A stretch of 64,000 bases of DNA, taken from assembly GCA_963724295.1 (NCBI GenBank), contig CAVRUC010000004.1, positions 32,001-96,000 of the forward strand, in the 5' to 3' direction. A program made the position numbers and the translations under genes. Source of the DNA: an uncultured Chloroflexia bacterium (GTDB lineage: Bacteria > Chloroflexota > Chloroflexia > Thermomicrobiales > UBA6265). Below are positions 1 through 9,948 of this stretch, piece by piece. Every line of letters begins with the position of its first letter. Positions within the stretch are counted from its first letter, which is position 1. The notes below the pieces were generated by a model. The model did no database searches and was not told the DNA's origin. It saw only the letters and a list, made by a program, of their open reading frames with translations.

Positions 1-1
1 T

Positions 2-274
2 CAGGTCTTGCGCCGGCACATCCTGCGTGTCGCGGCGCCGCCGATAGTCACCGGGCTGGTTCTGGGGCTTGCTGGTTCGCTCTCCGGCTCGATCCTCGTC
101 GAGACCATCTTCAACTGGCAGGGGATGGGTCAACTCTATTTCCAGGCGATCGGCGCGCTCGACGAAGCCGTCGTCGTGGCGCTGACGTTCATCTTCACGC
201 TACTTTACGTCGTCCTGCGATTCGTCCTCGACGTGCTCTACCTGGTCCTCGACCCTCGCGTGCGCTATGGCTGA
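2..274 (+). CDS. Peptide/nickel ABC transporter permease (DppB/OppB type), 3' part only
   Basis: GSILVETIFNWQGMGQL motif and C-terminal DVLYLVLDPRVR; gene starts before the window. Confidence 0.9.
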   Translation, partial: QVLRRHILRVAAPPIVTGLVLGLAGSLSGSILVETIFNWQGMGQLYFQAIGALDEAVVVALTFIFTLLYVVLRFVLDVLYLVLDPRVRYG

Positions 275-280
275 CGGGCA

Positions 281-1840
281 GTGACTGACAAGCTATCCGC
301 GGAGCAGCCGCACATTGCACCCGGCGGCGCTACGCAGCCGCCACCGGCCATCCTGATCGACCAAGCAGCGGTCCGAGCTCCAGCCGAGATTGGTGCGACA
401 GCCGATTCCTCGCCTCCAGGCGCATGGCAGCTCTTTCTCACCAGCGGCAGTGGCCGCGCGGGACTGGCGCTGTTCGCCGTGATGTTGCTGGTGTCACTCT
501 GGGTGCTCCTCACTTACCCGCTCAATTTCGGTTCGGCTCTCTGGAGTAACCCAGCGTACTGGGCGGACAATCCGCGCCACGCGCCGCCGATTTGGTCGTC
601 GGTCTGGAGTGGGCAGGCGGCGGTGCCGCAGATGGCCGTGGATATAACGCAACCTGCTGAGACGAGGTCTATTCCGGCCGGAGAGGTCCGCATCTATCAA
701 GCCCCGATCGATTTCACCTACGACCGGGCACCGACGTCGCTGATCCTGACGCTCAATGGGTTGACATTCCAGTCCCGTGCTCCTGCCATTCTCGTCAGCC
801 TGACCCGACCTGACGGAGGTACGATTCGTCTCGCTAGCGTCCCCGTGCGCGGTCCTCGACCCGGTGAGGCGGCGCCGTATCGCCGCTTCTATGACGTCCC
901 GGAGCGGATTCCACTTACCAACCAGCCGGCCGCCGCCGACGCCCTCTCACGCTTCTATGCGGAGAAGTACCCGGGCGTAGCCACGCCAAGCCGCATCCAG
1001 CCGATCCTGGCTGGGGCGCTCTTTGGCGTTCCCGCCAGTGACGGCTCCGGGCGGATCGACCCGTTGCACGGTGACTACCGGGTCGACGTGCAAGTTGTCG
1101 TGGCGAATCCGGAAGACGAGCTCGCGCCAATGCAGGTAACGCTTGGCGGGACGGTCTTTGGCATTATGGGGACTGACGGCCTGGGCCGAGATCTGTGGCA
1201 GGGTCTTCTCTACGGGTTCCCGGTAGCCCTGCTCATCGCTACGCTCACGGCGCTCCTTTCGACGCTCATCGGCGCCTCGCTCGGCATCCTCAGTGGCTTC
1301 GCCGGTGGAGCGACCGACTCCGTCATCCAGCGCGCTGCCGATGTCATCTCGAACGTGCCGACGCTCCCGCTGCTGATCTTCATCGTCTCGATTCTGGGGC
1401 GCCATCTCTGGTTGATCATGCTGGTGCTGGTCGCGTTTTCCTGGCCCGGTCTCACTATCCTCGTGCGCTCGATGGTGTTGCAGTTGCGCGAGGGGCAACT
1501 CGTCGAAGCCGCCCGCTCCATGGGCGCACCGCGGTCGCGGATCATGCGGAAACACGTTTTCCCCCAGGTGGCGCCGTTTATCGTGGCGCAGATGATCTTC
1601 TTCGCGCCGGCCGCCATTCTGGCCGAGGCGTCCCTCTCGTTCCTCGGGCTGGGAGATCCGTCGATCCCGACCTGGGGTCAACTGCTCGAAGCCGGCTTTC
1701 GCACCGGGGCCCTCTACGTCGGCTACTGGTGGTGGGTGCTGCCGCCCGGCATCCTGATCGTCATCACCGCGCTGGCCTTCATGCTCCTGGCGCTCGCTCT
1801 TGAACCGGTCGTCGATCCGCGCTTGCGCCGCTCAGGGTAA
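281..1840 (+). CDS. Peptide ABC transporter permease (DppC/OppC type) with large extracytoplasmic insertion
   Basis: MGTDGLGRD, EAARSMGA (EAA loop), AEASLSFLGLG, VDPRLR; about 200-aa soluble insert after the first TM. Confidence 0.9.
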   Translation: MTDKLSAEQPHIAPGGATQPPPAILIDQAAVRAPAEIGATADSSPPGAWQLFLTSGSGRAGLALFAVMLLVSLWVLLTYPLNFGSALWSNPAYWADNPRHAPPIWSSVWSGQAAVPQMAVDITQPAETRSIPAGEVRIYQAPIDFTYDRAPTSLILTLNGLTFQSRAPAILVSLTRPDGGTIRLASVPVRGPRPGEAAPYRRFYDVPERIPLTNQPAAADALSRFYAEKYPGVATPSRIQPILAGALFGVPASDGSGRIDPLHGDYRVDVQVVVANPEDELAPMQVTLGGTVFGIMGTDGLGRDLWQGLLYGFPVALLIATLTALLSTLIGASLGILSGFAGGATDSVIQRAADVISNVPTLPLLIFIVSILGRHLWLIMLVLVAFSWPGLTILVRSMVLQLREGQLVEAARSMGAPRSRIMRKHVFPQVAPFIVAQMIFFAPAAILAEASLSFLGLGDPSIPTWGQLLEAGFRTGALYVGYWWWVLPPGILIVITALAFMLLALALEPVVDPRLRRSG

Positions 1841-2122
1841 GACCACGCCACCTGTTTCAGGAGTCCCCAAGCGCTGCCGTCGTTGCCGTCGCGCTCTCCT
1901 TCGCCGTAGCGGCACCGGCGTGGCGACGGGAGTCGCCTCCGGTGTCGGGGTCGGAGTCGGAACGAGCTGCGGCGGCGTCATGAATGGATCGCGCGTCGCG
2001 CTTGGCGCGGCTCGCGACACCAGCCAGAGAATCCCGAGCACGAGGGCCGCTCCGGCCGCGACCAGGGTCGCTCCGACCAGCTCGCGCCGGGTGCTATAGC
2101 TCGGTTCCTGGCGATCGGCCAC
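1832..2122 (-). CDS. Small membrane-anchored Pro/Thr-rich hypothetical protein
   Basis: One TM helix then PTPTPTPEATPVATP; 3' end may be frameshifted. Confidence 0.55.
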   Translation of the reverse strand: MADRQEPSYSTRRELVGATLVAAGAALVLGILWLVSRAAPSATRDPFMTPPQLVPTPTPTPEATPVATPVPLRRRRARRQRRQRLGTPETGGVVLP

Positions 2123-2140
2123 GCGCGTTCCGCGACGTTC

Positions 2141-3244
2141 TTAGACGAGATACCGGCCGTCGCGCATGAACGGCTCACCGTCCACCTCGACCGAGCCACC
2201 TTCGCGAAGATCGCAGATCAGATCCCAGTGAATGGCCGATTGGTTCGTGCTCCCGGTCTCCGGATAACCAGCACCAAGCGCCATGTGCACCGTGCCGCCG
2301 ATCTTCTCGTCAAAGAGGATGTTCTTGGTGAACGTCGTGATGTCGAAGTTCGTCCCGAACGCCAACTCGCCGAGCGCGCGTGCGCCGGGGTCGGCATCGA
2401 GGGTCTCCAGCAGAAATCCCTCACCGCGACTGGCCGACGCATCGACGACACGCCCGCCCTCGAACCTCAGCCGCACGTCGTGGATCTCTCGACCATCGAC
2501 CACTACCGGGAATGAGAAGCGGATGTGCCCTTCCGTCGCGTCCTCGACCGGCCCGGTGAAGATTTCCCCATCGGGGAAATTGTTCGTGCCATCGCAGTTG
2601 ATCCAGACGCGATCGTTAACGGCCAGGCGGAGATCGGTATCTGGGCCCTGAAGGCGGATCTCTTGCTTGCCCGCCAGCCAATCGATCAACCGCTGCTGCA
2701 TCGCTCCCTGTCTGCGCCACGCCGCCGCGGGATCGTCCGCTCCGAGCTTGCACGCGTCGAAGACGAACGCCGTGAACTCGGGTGTCGACATTTCCGCGTC
2801 CTGGGCATACCCATTCGTCGGGTAGAGCGTCAGCGTCCAGCGGCACTCGCCGGTCGCGGCTCGCTCCATCATGGTCTGCAGGAGCTCGCCATGACTTCGT
2901 TTGCGAGCGATCTGGCGGTTCGGATCAATGCCCGAGAGCGTCTTCGTGTTCTCGTCACCCATGACGCGGATCAACACGTCTGCTTCACCGCGCGACCACC
3001 GATCGATGGGCGAGATCCAGGCAACCTGCTCGTCTGATCCCAGTCCAAGCAGGTCGGCGTTCAACTCGCCGAAGCGCGGGATCATGACCGGCAGGCCACC
3101 GGCGCGGAGGGTTTCACGGTAGATCGCTCCCAGGAGCGGACGCGCCGAGACTTCCCCCTCGATCGAGACGACGTCACCGGGCTGAACTCCGGTCGAATAG
3201 GTCACCAGCGTTCGCGCCCACGCATCGATGCGGGGATCGGTCAT
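2141..3244 (-). CDS. Aminopeptidase, M29 family (AmpS/AmpT-like)
   Basis: NFPDGEIFT, GELAFG, DEKIGGTVHMALG and SAIHWD motifs. Confidence 0.93.
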   Translation of the reverse strand: MTDPRIDAWARTLVTYSTGVQPGDVVSIEGEVSARPLLGAIYRETLRAGGLPVMIPRFGELNADLLGLGSDEQVAWISPIDRWSRGEADVLIRVMGDENTKTLSGIDPNRQIARKRSHGELLQTMMERAATGECRWTLTLYPTNGYAQDAEMSTPEFTAFVFDACKLGADDPAAAWRRQGAMQQRLIDWLAGKQEIRLQGPDTDLRLAVNDRVWINCDGTNNFPDGEIFTGPVEDATEGHIRFSFPVVVDGREIHDVRLRFEGGRVVDASASRGEGFLLETLDADPGARALGELAFGTNFDITTFTKNILFDEKIGGTVHMALGAGYPETGSTNQSAIHWDLICDLREGGSVEVDGEPFMRDGRYLV

Positions 3245-3331
3245 TGCGGAGACTCCTGGGGCATAGGCTGCACTCGCGCCCGGCCAGGTTGCCGGGCGGC
3301 GTGGCGGTTATACCATCACCGCCGGGCCCCG

Positions 3332-5530
3332 CTACCGCGCGGGCTGCAGGACCTCGATGGCCGCGACGATGGGCTCGCCCTCGCTGGCGGAGAAACTCAG
3401 ATTGAGCTCGCCATCCTCGACGTCGACTTCGGCCTGCTTGACCAGAGCGGTCAACTCTCCCACTTCGGCAAAGATATCGAGATCCTCGAGCAAGACCTCA
3501 CCCTCGGCAGAGACCGAGAAGACGCGCCGCCCCTCATCGCCCTCCGGTCCGCCCGGAGACCCCCAGTACGGCTCGGCAAAGTAGAGCCGGACCATGTACG
3601 TGCCACTCTCATCCACCGGGATGGAATAGGCGAAGCCACGGCGCTTGCCCGGACCGGACCCGGACCGCTGGGTGAGGTACAGATCCGGGTCGTCGGTCCC
3701 CACCACGTCGAGGTCTCCACTCCAGTTGAGTGCCGAGCCTCCGTCGAAGTACCGGTCGCTGTTCCAACCGGGCGGGACGCCACCCTCCTTACCGCGACGA
3801 TCGCGGCGTTTCTTCTCGGAGTTGCCGGCGTCCTGACGGGGCGCGTCAGCCGCAGCCGGCTCGCGCGATCGCTCCGGCGCCGCCGCGGCGGCGCTTCGCG
3901 ACGACCCGTCACGGCGGCTGCCGTCCTTGCGCGGAGGCTCCGCTTCGCGATTGCCCGCGTCCTCGGTCCTGTTCTGATCCGCCTGGCCGCCATTGCGGGA
4001 AGTGGCCGCCTCGTCCAGCGGCTCTGATTCGTCGCTCGTGTCGGGATCAGTTGCGGTTTCATTTGGTTCCGAATCTCGCTCGGTAGCACGTGGAGGATCT
4101 CCATCCTCCTTCGTACCGGTGATCACCAGACCGTTCTCGACCGGAACCGGCGACGAGCCGTTGCGATCTCCGCCATCGCCCGCTTGACCGTTCAGCGGCT
4201 CACCGTCGCCCGCGGCGCCGTCATCCGTGGATTCGTCCCCCTGCAATTCTTCTTGCAGGAGCAGTTTGGCTCGCACCCACCCTCGGGCAAAGCGACTGTC
4301 CTGAACTTCGACATCGCTGTCGGCCTGGTCACGCGCAGGCCGGCCACCGCTTTCCTGCCGCGCGTTTCGTGTTCCCTCGTCGTTTGGCTCGTCGTCGGCG
4401 GGTGGCGCGGCGGTCGATTCCGCGTCGGCAGCGGCCCCGGCGTCGATCTTCACGATCGAGTCCCAGTCCTTCGCATCAGCGCCAGCTTCCTCGTCCCAGG
4501 CTCGCCGTGACGCGGGCGGTGGTTCCGGCGGCGCATCGAGCTCGCCGGAAGCGGCCGCCTCGGCGATCAATTCTTCGTTTCGCCGAGGATTGTCTCGAAC
4601 CGGTTCCTCGGCTGGCGGCTCGTCCTGGGCCGGGGGGCCGCCAATCCCTTCTTCCTCTGAGTCCACTCCGGTGGTGATGACAGGTCTGGCGATGTCGGTG
4701 CGGTCTCGCTGCTTTGACCGCGATTGACCATCCCGTTCTACCTCTTCACCGTTCAGGTTCTCACCGTTCTCAGTTGGCGGCGACTCCGCCGCTCCCGCGT
4801 CACCGTCACTCCCGAGCTCGGGCACCGGTTCAGGTTCCGGTTCGATTCCGTCCGGAGATTTGTCACAGGGGTCGCCCAGGCCGTCGCCATCCTGGTCGGC
4901 AAAGTTCGAGGTGGAAACGTGCGGGCAGTTGTCCGACTTGTCGGGAACGGTGTCGCCGTCCGTATCCTGATAGACCGTGCAGGGATCGCCATGCCCATCC
5001 CCGTCCGCATCGGCCTGATCCGGATTCTGGACACTGGGGCAGTTGTCGAGCGCGTCCGGGATGTAATCGCCGTCCGAGTCGAGATCGAGGAGGGTTCGCT
5101 CGTTTGAGGAACCGGAGCTGTTGCCGGTGGTCAGCGGCTGCTCGACACCCGCCGCGTCATCGCCATAGACGACGTCGCTTTGACCGGAATCACCGGCCGG
5201 AACAGTCTCCGCCGCGACCTCATCCTGATTGTTGGTTCGGTCTTTCGGTCGCGCCTCGACGGCCGGAATGACGGCGATCGCAAAGGCGATGATGAGGGCG
5301 AGCACGCCTAGGAGCGCTCGCGGTGCGGCTCCTCCTGGCACTGGCGATCCCTCCCAGCGGTCGCGGCGGCGTGGCAGCGCCGGTTCGCGAGACGTCCGGT
5401 CTGCCCCGGTGAATCTCGCGCCTTGACGCTCGGTCCCAACGGGTGCGGGTTCCGTTAGGATACCGGTGTACGAACGGCGTTGTCTATGTCTTGCTGTCAC
5501 ATCCAGGAAATCCCGTGGCAGATCCGTCAA
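3332..5530 (-). CDS. Secreted/membrane protein with thrombospondin type-3 repeats, long acidic linker and C-terminal malectin domain (start uncertain)
   Basis: DSDGDYIPDALDNCP...DGDGHGDPC repeats; malectin motifs YMVRLYFAEPYW, RRVFSV, LDIFAEVG, VAAIEV; hydrophobic segment near the N-terminus. Confidence 0.85.
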   Translation of the reverse strand: MTDLPRDFLDVTARHRQRRSYTGILTEPAPVGTERQGARFTGADRTSREPALPRRRDRWEGSPVPGGAAPRALLGVLALIIAFAIAVIPAVEARPKDRTNNQDEVAAETVPAGDSGQSDVVYGDDAAGVEQPLTTGNSSGSSNERTLLDLDSDGDYIPDALDNCPSVQNPDQADADGDGHGDPCTVYQDTDGDTVPDKSDNCPHVSTSNFADQDGDGLGDPCDKSPDGIEPEPEPVPELGSDGDAGAAESPPTENGENLNGEEVERDGQSRSKQRDRTDIARPVITTGVDSEEEGIGGPPAQDEPPAEEPVRDNPRRNEELIAEAAASGELDAPPEPPPASRRAWDEEAGADAKDWDSIVKIDAGAAADAESTAAPPADDEPNDEGTRNARQESGGRPARDQADSDVEVQDSRFARGWVRAKLLLQEELQGDESTDDGAAGDGEPLNGQAGDGGDRNGSSPVPVENGLVITGTKEDGDPPRATERDSEPNETATDPDTSDESEPLDEAATSRNGGQADQNRTEDAGNREAEPPRKDGSRRDGSSRSAAAAAPERSREPAAADAPRQDAGNSEKKRRDRRGKEGGVPPGWNSDRYFDGGSALNWSGDLDVVGTDDPDLYLTQRSGSGPGKRRGFAYSIPVDESGTYMVRLYFAEPYWGSPGGPEGDEGRRVFSVSAEGEVLLEDLDIFAEVGELTALVKQAEVDVEDGELNLSFSASEGEPIVAAIEVLQPAR

Positions 5531-5535
5531 CTGGT

Positions 5536-6189
5536 ATGTCTACTCATGTAGCCGAAGCCCTACTCGGGCTCGCTCAGTTCGCCTCGAAGCTCAAGTCGGT
5601 GCCCCGCACCGGGTGGCTGGACCGGGGCGTCCCTCCCTTGCAGGTCGAATCGGTTGCCGACCACTCGCTGGGCGTAGCGATCCTGGCCTGGGGTTGCGCC
5701 CTGCAGCGGCGAGCAGAAGGCGTGGCCATCGATCCGGAACGCGTGCTGATGCTCGCCATCCTCCACGATCTGGCCGAGGCGCAGACTGGCGACGTCCCGC
5801 CCTACGATCCAGCCGCCATTCCGGGCGCGCACGAGCCGGCGGCTCGCCGCGCATTTCTTGAAACGCGCCACCGCCGTGATCCGGATCGTGACGCCGCAAA
5901 GCGGAGAGAGGAAGACGCCGCCGTGCGGGAGCTTCTGGACACACTGCCCGTCGCAACGCGATCAGCAATGGAGGAAGTCTGGGACGATCTGCGCCAGGGG
6001 ACCAGCAATGAAGCGCGATTCGTCAAGCAGGTCGACCGCCTGGAGACCTTTCTGCAGTCCCGGCGTTACCTGCGTGCCGATCCTACGCTCCCCATGGCGT
6101 CGTTTCATCAGGAAGTCTTCGAGGCGATCGATGATCCCCTGCTCTCCGCAATCCGTGACGCGGCGCTCGCGGATGACACGCCCGTTTGA
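5536..6189 (+). CDS. HD-domain phosphohydrolase (YfbR/HDDC2-like)
   Basis: LKSVPRTGW, ESVADHS, LHDLAE, VKQVDRLE. Confidence 0.88.
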   Translation: MSTHVAEALLGLAQFASKLKSVPRTGWLDRGVPPLQVESVADHSLGVAILAWGCALQRRAEGVAIDPERVLMLAILHDLAEAQTGDVPPYDPAAIPGAHEPAARRAFLETRHRRDPDRDAAKRREEDAAVRELLDTLPVATRSAMEEVWDDLRQGTSNEARFVKQVDRLETFLQSRRYLRADPTLPMASFHQEVFEAIDDPLLSAIRDAALADDTPV

Positions 6190-6329
6190 CCGCATCGCGG
6201 GAATGACCTCGAGCCTGGTTTCGACCACGACGACACGAGGGTCCGCGGTCTGCTCCCCGATCGGTGCCACCGCCACTCCGGCGCGTTCTCACCCGCTTGG
6301 GCGACGGAGGCATTTCGAGGTCAGCACGC

Positions 6330-7218
6330 GTGAGTGACGAGGAGTCTCCCCAGGCCGGCACGCTCTCCGACGCCCTGCGGCGCGGACGAAAGCGTCTTGC
6401 ATCCGCGGGCAGCGCGACCCCGGGCCTCGATGCCGAGGTCCTGCTCCGTCACGTCCTGGGCATCGATCGCACCGAGCTTTTCGTGCGGCTTCCCGAACCG
6501 ATCACCGCATATGCCCTCGCGACCTATGACCGTCTGCTCGAAGAGCGTGCCGGCGATATCCCCGTTGCCTACCTCACCCGAGAACGGGAGTTCATGGGAC
6601 TGGCCTTTGAAGTCGGCCCAGGCGTGCTGGTGCCGCGTCCCGAGACCGAGCTGCTCGTCGCGTGGGCCGACACCTGGCTCGGCAGGCGTGGTCGAGACCG
6701 CGCCACTGTTGTCGACGTTGGGACCGGGTCGGGCGCGATCGCGATCGGCATCGCCGCGGCGATGGAACCGGACTGGCGGGGACGCATCATCGCCTCTGAC
6801 GTCTCGCCGGTTGCCATCTCGATCGCCGCCCGAAACCGCATACGTCTCGACGTCCACCATCGCATCGCACTCGTCCAGGGCTCGCTCATCTCCTGGCTGC
6901 GAGGTCCGGTCGATCTGGTGATCGCTAATCTGCCGTACCTGCGACCTGCCCAGATCGCGGGGAATCCCGCGCTTGCCGCTGAGCCGCGCCTGGCGCTCGA
7001 CGGCGGCCCGGATGGACTCGATCTGATCAGGCGGCTCCTCGACGATGCGCCGCGAGTCCTCGCACCGGGAGGAGCGATCGGCCTGGAGATCGACCCCAGC
7101 CAGAGCGACGTCGTCGTCAGCATGGCGCGCCGGGCGTTCCCGGCGATCCGAAATCGACGTGCTGCCTGACCTCGCGGGGTTCGCTCGACACGTCACCATC
7201 GAGACCAAATCCGGCTGA
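6330..7218 (+). CDS. prmC: Release factor glutamine N5-methyltransferase; apparent frameshift near 7145
   Basis: VLVPRPETE, VDVGTGSGAI, NLPY, ALDGGPDGL; the conserved C-terminal DLAG motif (EIDVLPDLAGFARHV) lies in another frame after about 7148. Confidence 0.9.
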
Positions 7219-7390
7219 TACCGGCCCCGACAGTCACATCCCAGTACGGATTCCCCCGCTCGTCAGCACACTGGTCATGCGCCTTCGGGGCGGCGGGTAG
7301 GGCGAGAGAGCGAACCGGGTTCGGCTACCATGCGCCCGGGGTCTTCGCCGCGACGGCGGATAGGGAATACGTGGACGGGGGTCATCGCGG

Positions 7391-8461
7391 GTGAGGCGCA
7401 CCTTCATCGATCTCGAATCAGAGCCTGCCGAACTGCTGCGTCAACTCGGCAAAGACGACAGGCTCGTTCCTTACGGCGGTGCGAACTTCGGTATGCCGCT
7501 CGATCTCATCGAACCCGCTCAGGACCGACTCGTTCCCAACGACCGGTTCTTTGTCCGCTCCAACGGACCGGTCCCCGCCATCGATCCACAGACGTGGCGG
7601 CTCGACGTCACTGGCGCCGTGGCCCGGCCGTGCTCCCTCTCACTCGACGACCTGCAACGCCTCGACTCGAGCCGGATCGAGGCATTTCTCGAATGTGCGG
7701 GGAACGGACGCACCCGCTTCGACCCGCTTCCACCCGGAACCCCATGGCGCAACGATGCCGTCGGGAACGCCGTCTGGGAGGGGGTGCCACTGAACAGGGT
7801 GCTGGATCTGGCCAGCGTCCAGCCAGGAACCGTCGACGTCGTCACCCAGGGCGCCGACTTTCCGGAGATGCGCCGCGGTCTACCGCTGGCCGTTGCTCGC
7901 GATCCGGGGGTGCTGGTCGTCTGGGCAATGAATGGCGAGCCATTACCGATCGCCCACGGCGGTCCGGTGCGATTACTGGTGCCGGGTTGGGCCGGAATCG
8001 CCTCGACCAAATGGCTGGTCGGGATCGAAGCGATCGACCGCGCCTTCGACGGATTCTGGAATACCGACAACTACGTTTTCTGGGATGAGCGCGACGACCC
8101 GCTGCGCCCGGTGGCCGAGATGCCTCCGAAGTCCGTGATCGTCGCTCCCGCCGACGGCGAGACAATCTCGCCGGGGCCCCTTCGGATCTCCGGCTGGGCA
8201 TGGTCGGGCTTCGCTCCCGTCCGGACCGTCGAGGTCAGCACCGATGCCGGCCATTGCTGGCAGGTCGCCGATCTTCATCCCGGCGAGCGCCGTGGCTGGC
8301 GACGCTGGGACCTGGTCTGGGACGCGCCTCCGGGTCGGCATCGCCTTCAGGCACGCGCCACCGACGAGCGGCGCCTGAGCCAGCCGGTCGTCGCACCGTG
8401 GAACGCCAAGGGGTACCTGATGAACGCGATCCACGAAGTCGTGATCGGGGTGGAGTCCTGA
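7391..8461 (+). CDS. Sulfite oxidase family molybdopterin oxidoreductase
   Basis: FFVRSN, LECAGNGR (Mo-ligand Cys), MNGEPLPIAHGGPVRL, C-terminal dimerisation domain with WNAKGY. Confidence 0.92.
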   Translation: MRRTFIDLESEPAELLRQLGKDDRLVPYGGANFGMPLDLIEPAQDRLVPNDRFFVRSNGPVPAIDPQTWRLDVTGAVARPCSLSLDDLQRLDSSRIEAFLECAGNGRTRFDPLPPGTPWRNDAVGNAVWEGVPLNRVLDLASVQPGTVDVVTQGADFPEMRRGLPLAVARDPGVLVVWAMNGEPLPIAHGGPVRLLVPGWAGIASTKWLVGIEAIDRAFDGFWNTDNYVFWDERDDPLRPVAEMPPKSVIVAPADGETISPGPLRISGWAWSGFAPVRTVEVSTDAGHCWQVADLHPGERRGWRRWDLVWDAPPGRHRLQARATDERRLSQPVVAPWNAKGYLMNAIHEVVIGVES

Positions 8462-8464
8462 GCG

Positions 8465-8884
8465 ATGGGGACCATTCATGAGCTGCCCGCGGAGGGAATC
8501 GAAGCGCTGCTGCGAACCGCGATCGTGGGTCGGATCGCCTGCTGCGGGCACGGTCTGACCGGGAACGGCCGACCCTACCTCGTTCCTCTCGCCTACGGCT
8601 ATGACGGCGATGCCGTCTACGCGCACTCCGGACCCGGGCGCAAGCTCGACCTGATGCGCTCCGAGCCGCGGGTCACCTTCGAGGTCGACGAAGCCGAAGC
8701 GTCTGACCGCTGGCGCAGCGTGATCGCCGAGGGGACCTTCGAGGAGATCGACGACCCCGGGCAACGCGACGCCGCTCTCGCCGTGATCTACGGTCCATCC
8801 GGCATCCCGAGCCTGGGGGCTCAGACGGTGGTCTTCCGCATTCGGTTGACATCGCGCTCCGGCCGCTACGAGACACCAGATTGA
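8465..8884 (+). CDS. Pyridoxamine 5'-phosphate oxidase-like flavin-binding protein
   Basis: GRIAC, PYLVPLAY, GRKLDLMR..PRVTFEVD, WRSVIAEG. Confidence 0.88.
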   Translation: MGTIHELPAEGIEALLRTAIVGRIACCGHGLTGNGRPYLVPLAYGYDGDAVYAHSGPGRKLDLMRSEPRVTFEVDEAEASDRWRSVIAEGTFEEIDDPGQRDAALAVIYGPSGIPSLGAQTVVFRIRLTSRSGRYETPD

Positions 8885-8982
8885 CCATCGCTCCGCATTT
8901 CGCTTGTCATTTCGACGTAGTGCGTGCAACGCGAGTCACGTCGACGTCGAACACCTTGAACTTGAAGGAAAGCAAAGTACAA

Positions 8983-9798
8983 ATGGCCGAAAACTGGTTG
9001 ACTGAGCTGACCGGGGCAAAGAAGCCGATCATCGGTATGGCTCACCTTCCCGCGTTGCCCGGCACGCCGCTGTATGACAGCGCCGCCGGCATGAGCCACG
9101 TGCGCGACTGGGTCGCCCGCGATCTGGCGGCGCTACAGGGCGGCGGCATCGACGCGGTCATGTTCTGCAACGAGAACGACCGCCCCTACCGGCTCGACGC
9201 CGACGTCGCCTCGGTCGCGGCCATGACCGACGTCGTCGCCTGCCTGCGCGGCGAGCTCTCCGTACCGTTTGGCGTCAACGTTCTCTGGGATCCCAGGGCG
9301 ACACTGGCCGTGGCCGCCGCGACGGGAGCAGCCTTCGCCCGCGAGATCTTCACCGGCGCCTTCGCCGGCGATTTTGGGCTCTGGGTGCGCTCGGCAGGCG
9401 ACACCTTCCGTTACCGGCGCGAGGTCAGTGTCGAGGGTTGCCGCCTCCTCTTCAACATCAACGCCGAGTTCGCCGCCCCGCTCGCGCCGCGGCCCCTCGC
9501 CGACGTGGCTCGCTCTGTGGTCTTCTCCTCGATGCCCGACGCCCTGTGCGTTTCAGGACCGATCACCGGTCAGCCGGCCGACGCCTCCGGTCTGGCCGAC
9601 GTCGCCCAGGCAGTCAGCGGATCCGGCGTCCCGGTCCTGGTCAACACCGGGTTCCGGGCTTCGAATGCCACGGAGTTGCTCCAGTTCGCCGACGGGGCGA
9701 TTGTCGGCTCGAGTCTGAAGACGGACGGCGTCACTTGGAATCCGGTCGATCGAGCCCGTGTCCGCGAGCTGATGGACGTCGTCCGTGACGTGCGGTAG
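8983..9798 (+). CDS. BtpA/SgcQ family TIM-barrel protein
   Basis: IIGMAHLPALPGTP, NENDRPY, PFGVNVLWD, ADGAIVGSSLK. Confidence 0.92.
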   Translation: MAENWLTELTGAKKPIIGMAHLPALPGTPLYDSAAGMSHVRDWVARDLAALQGGGIDAVMFCNENDRPYRLDADVASVAAMTDVVACLRGELSVPFGVNVLWDPRATLAVAAATGAAFAREIFTGAFAGDFGLWVRSAGDTFRYRREVSVEGCRLLFNINAEFAAPLAPRPLADVARSVVFSSMPDALCVSGPITGQPADASGLADVAQAVSGSGVPVLVNTGFRASNATELLQFADGAIVGSSLKTDGVTWNPVDRARVRELMDVVRDVR

Positions 9799-9948
9799 CA
9801 AAGCGGCATACTAATTGCGAGTCACGATTTACCTGACATTGTGGGTTTCGGTGACTTGACGGGTTCATCAACCCGTAGGAGGATGCCGGGAACGCAGTGG
9901 ACCAGGCAAAGCCGCCTGGCGACATCGCCATCGCAAGGAGTTGTCAGA

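Noticed and set aside
7140..7218. Programmed frameshift in prmC analogous to prfB autoregulation
   Set aside because: No CTT-TGA or slippery site with upstream SD; similar indels elsewhere point to sequencing error
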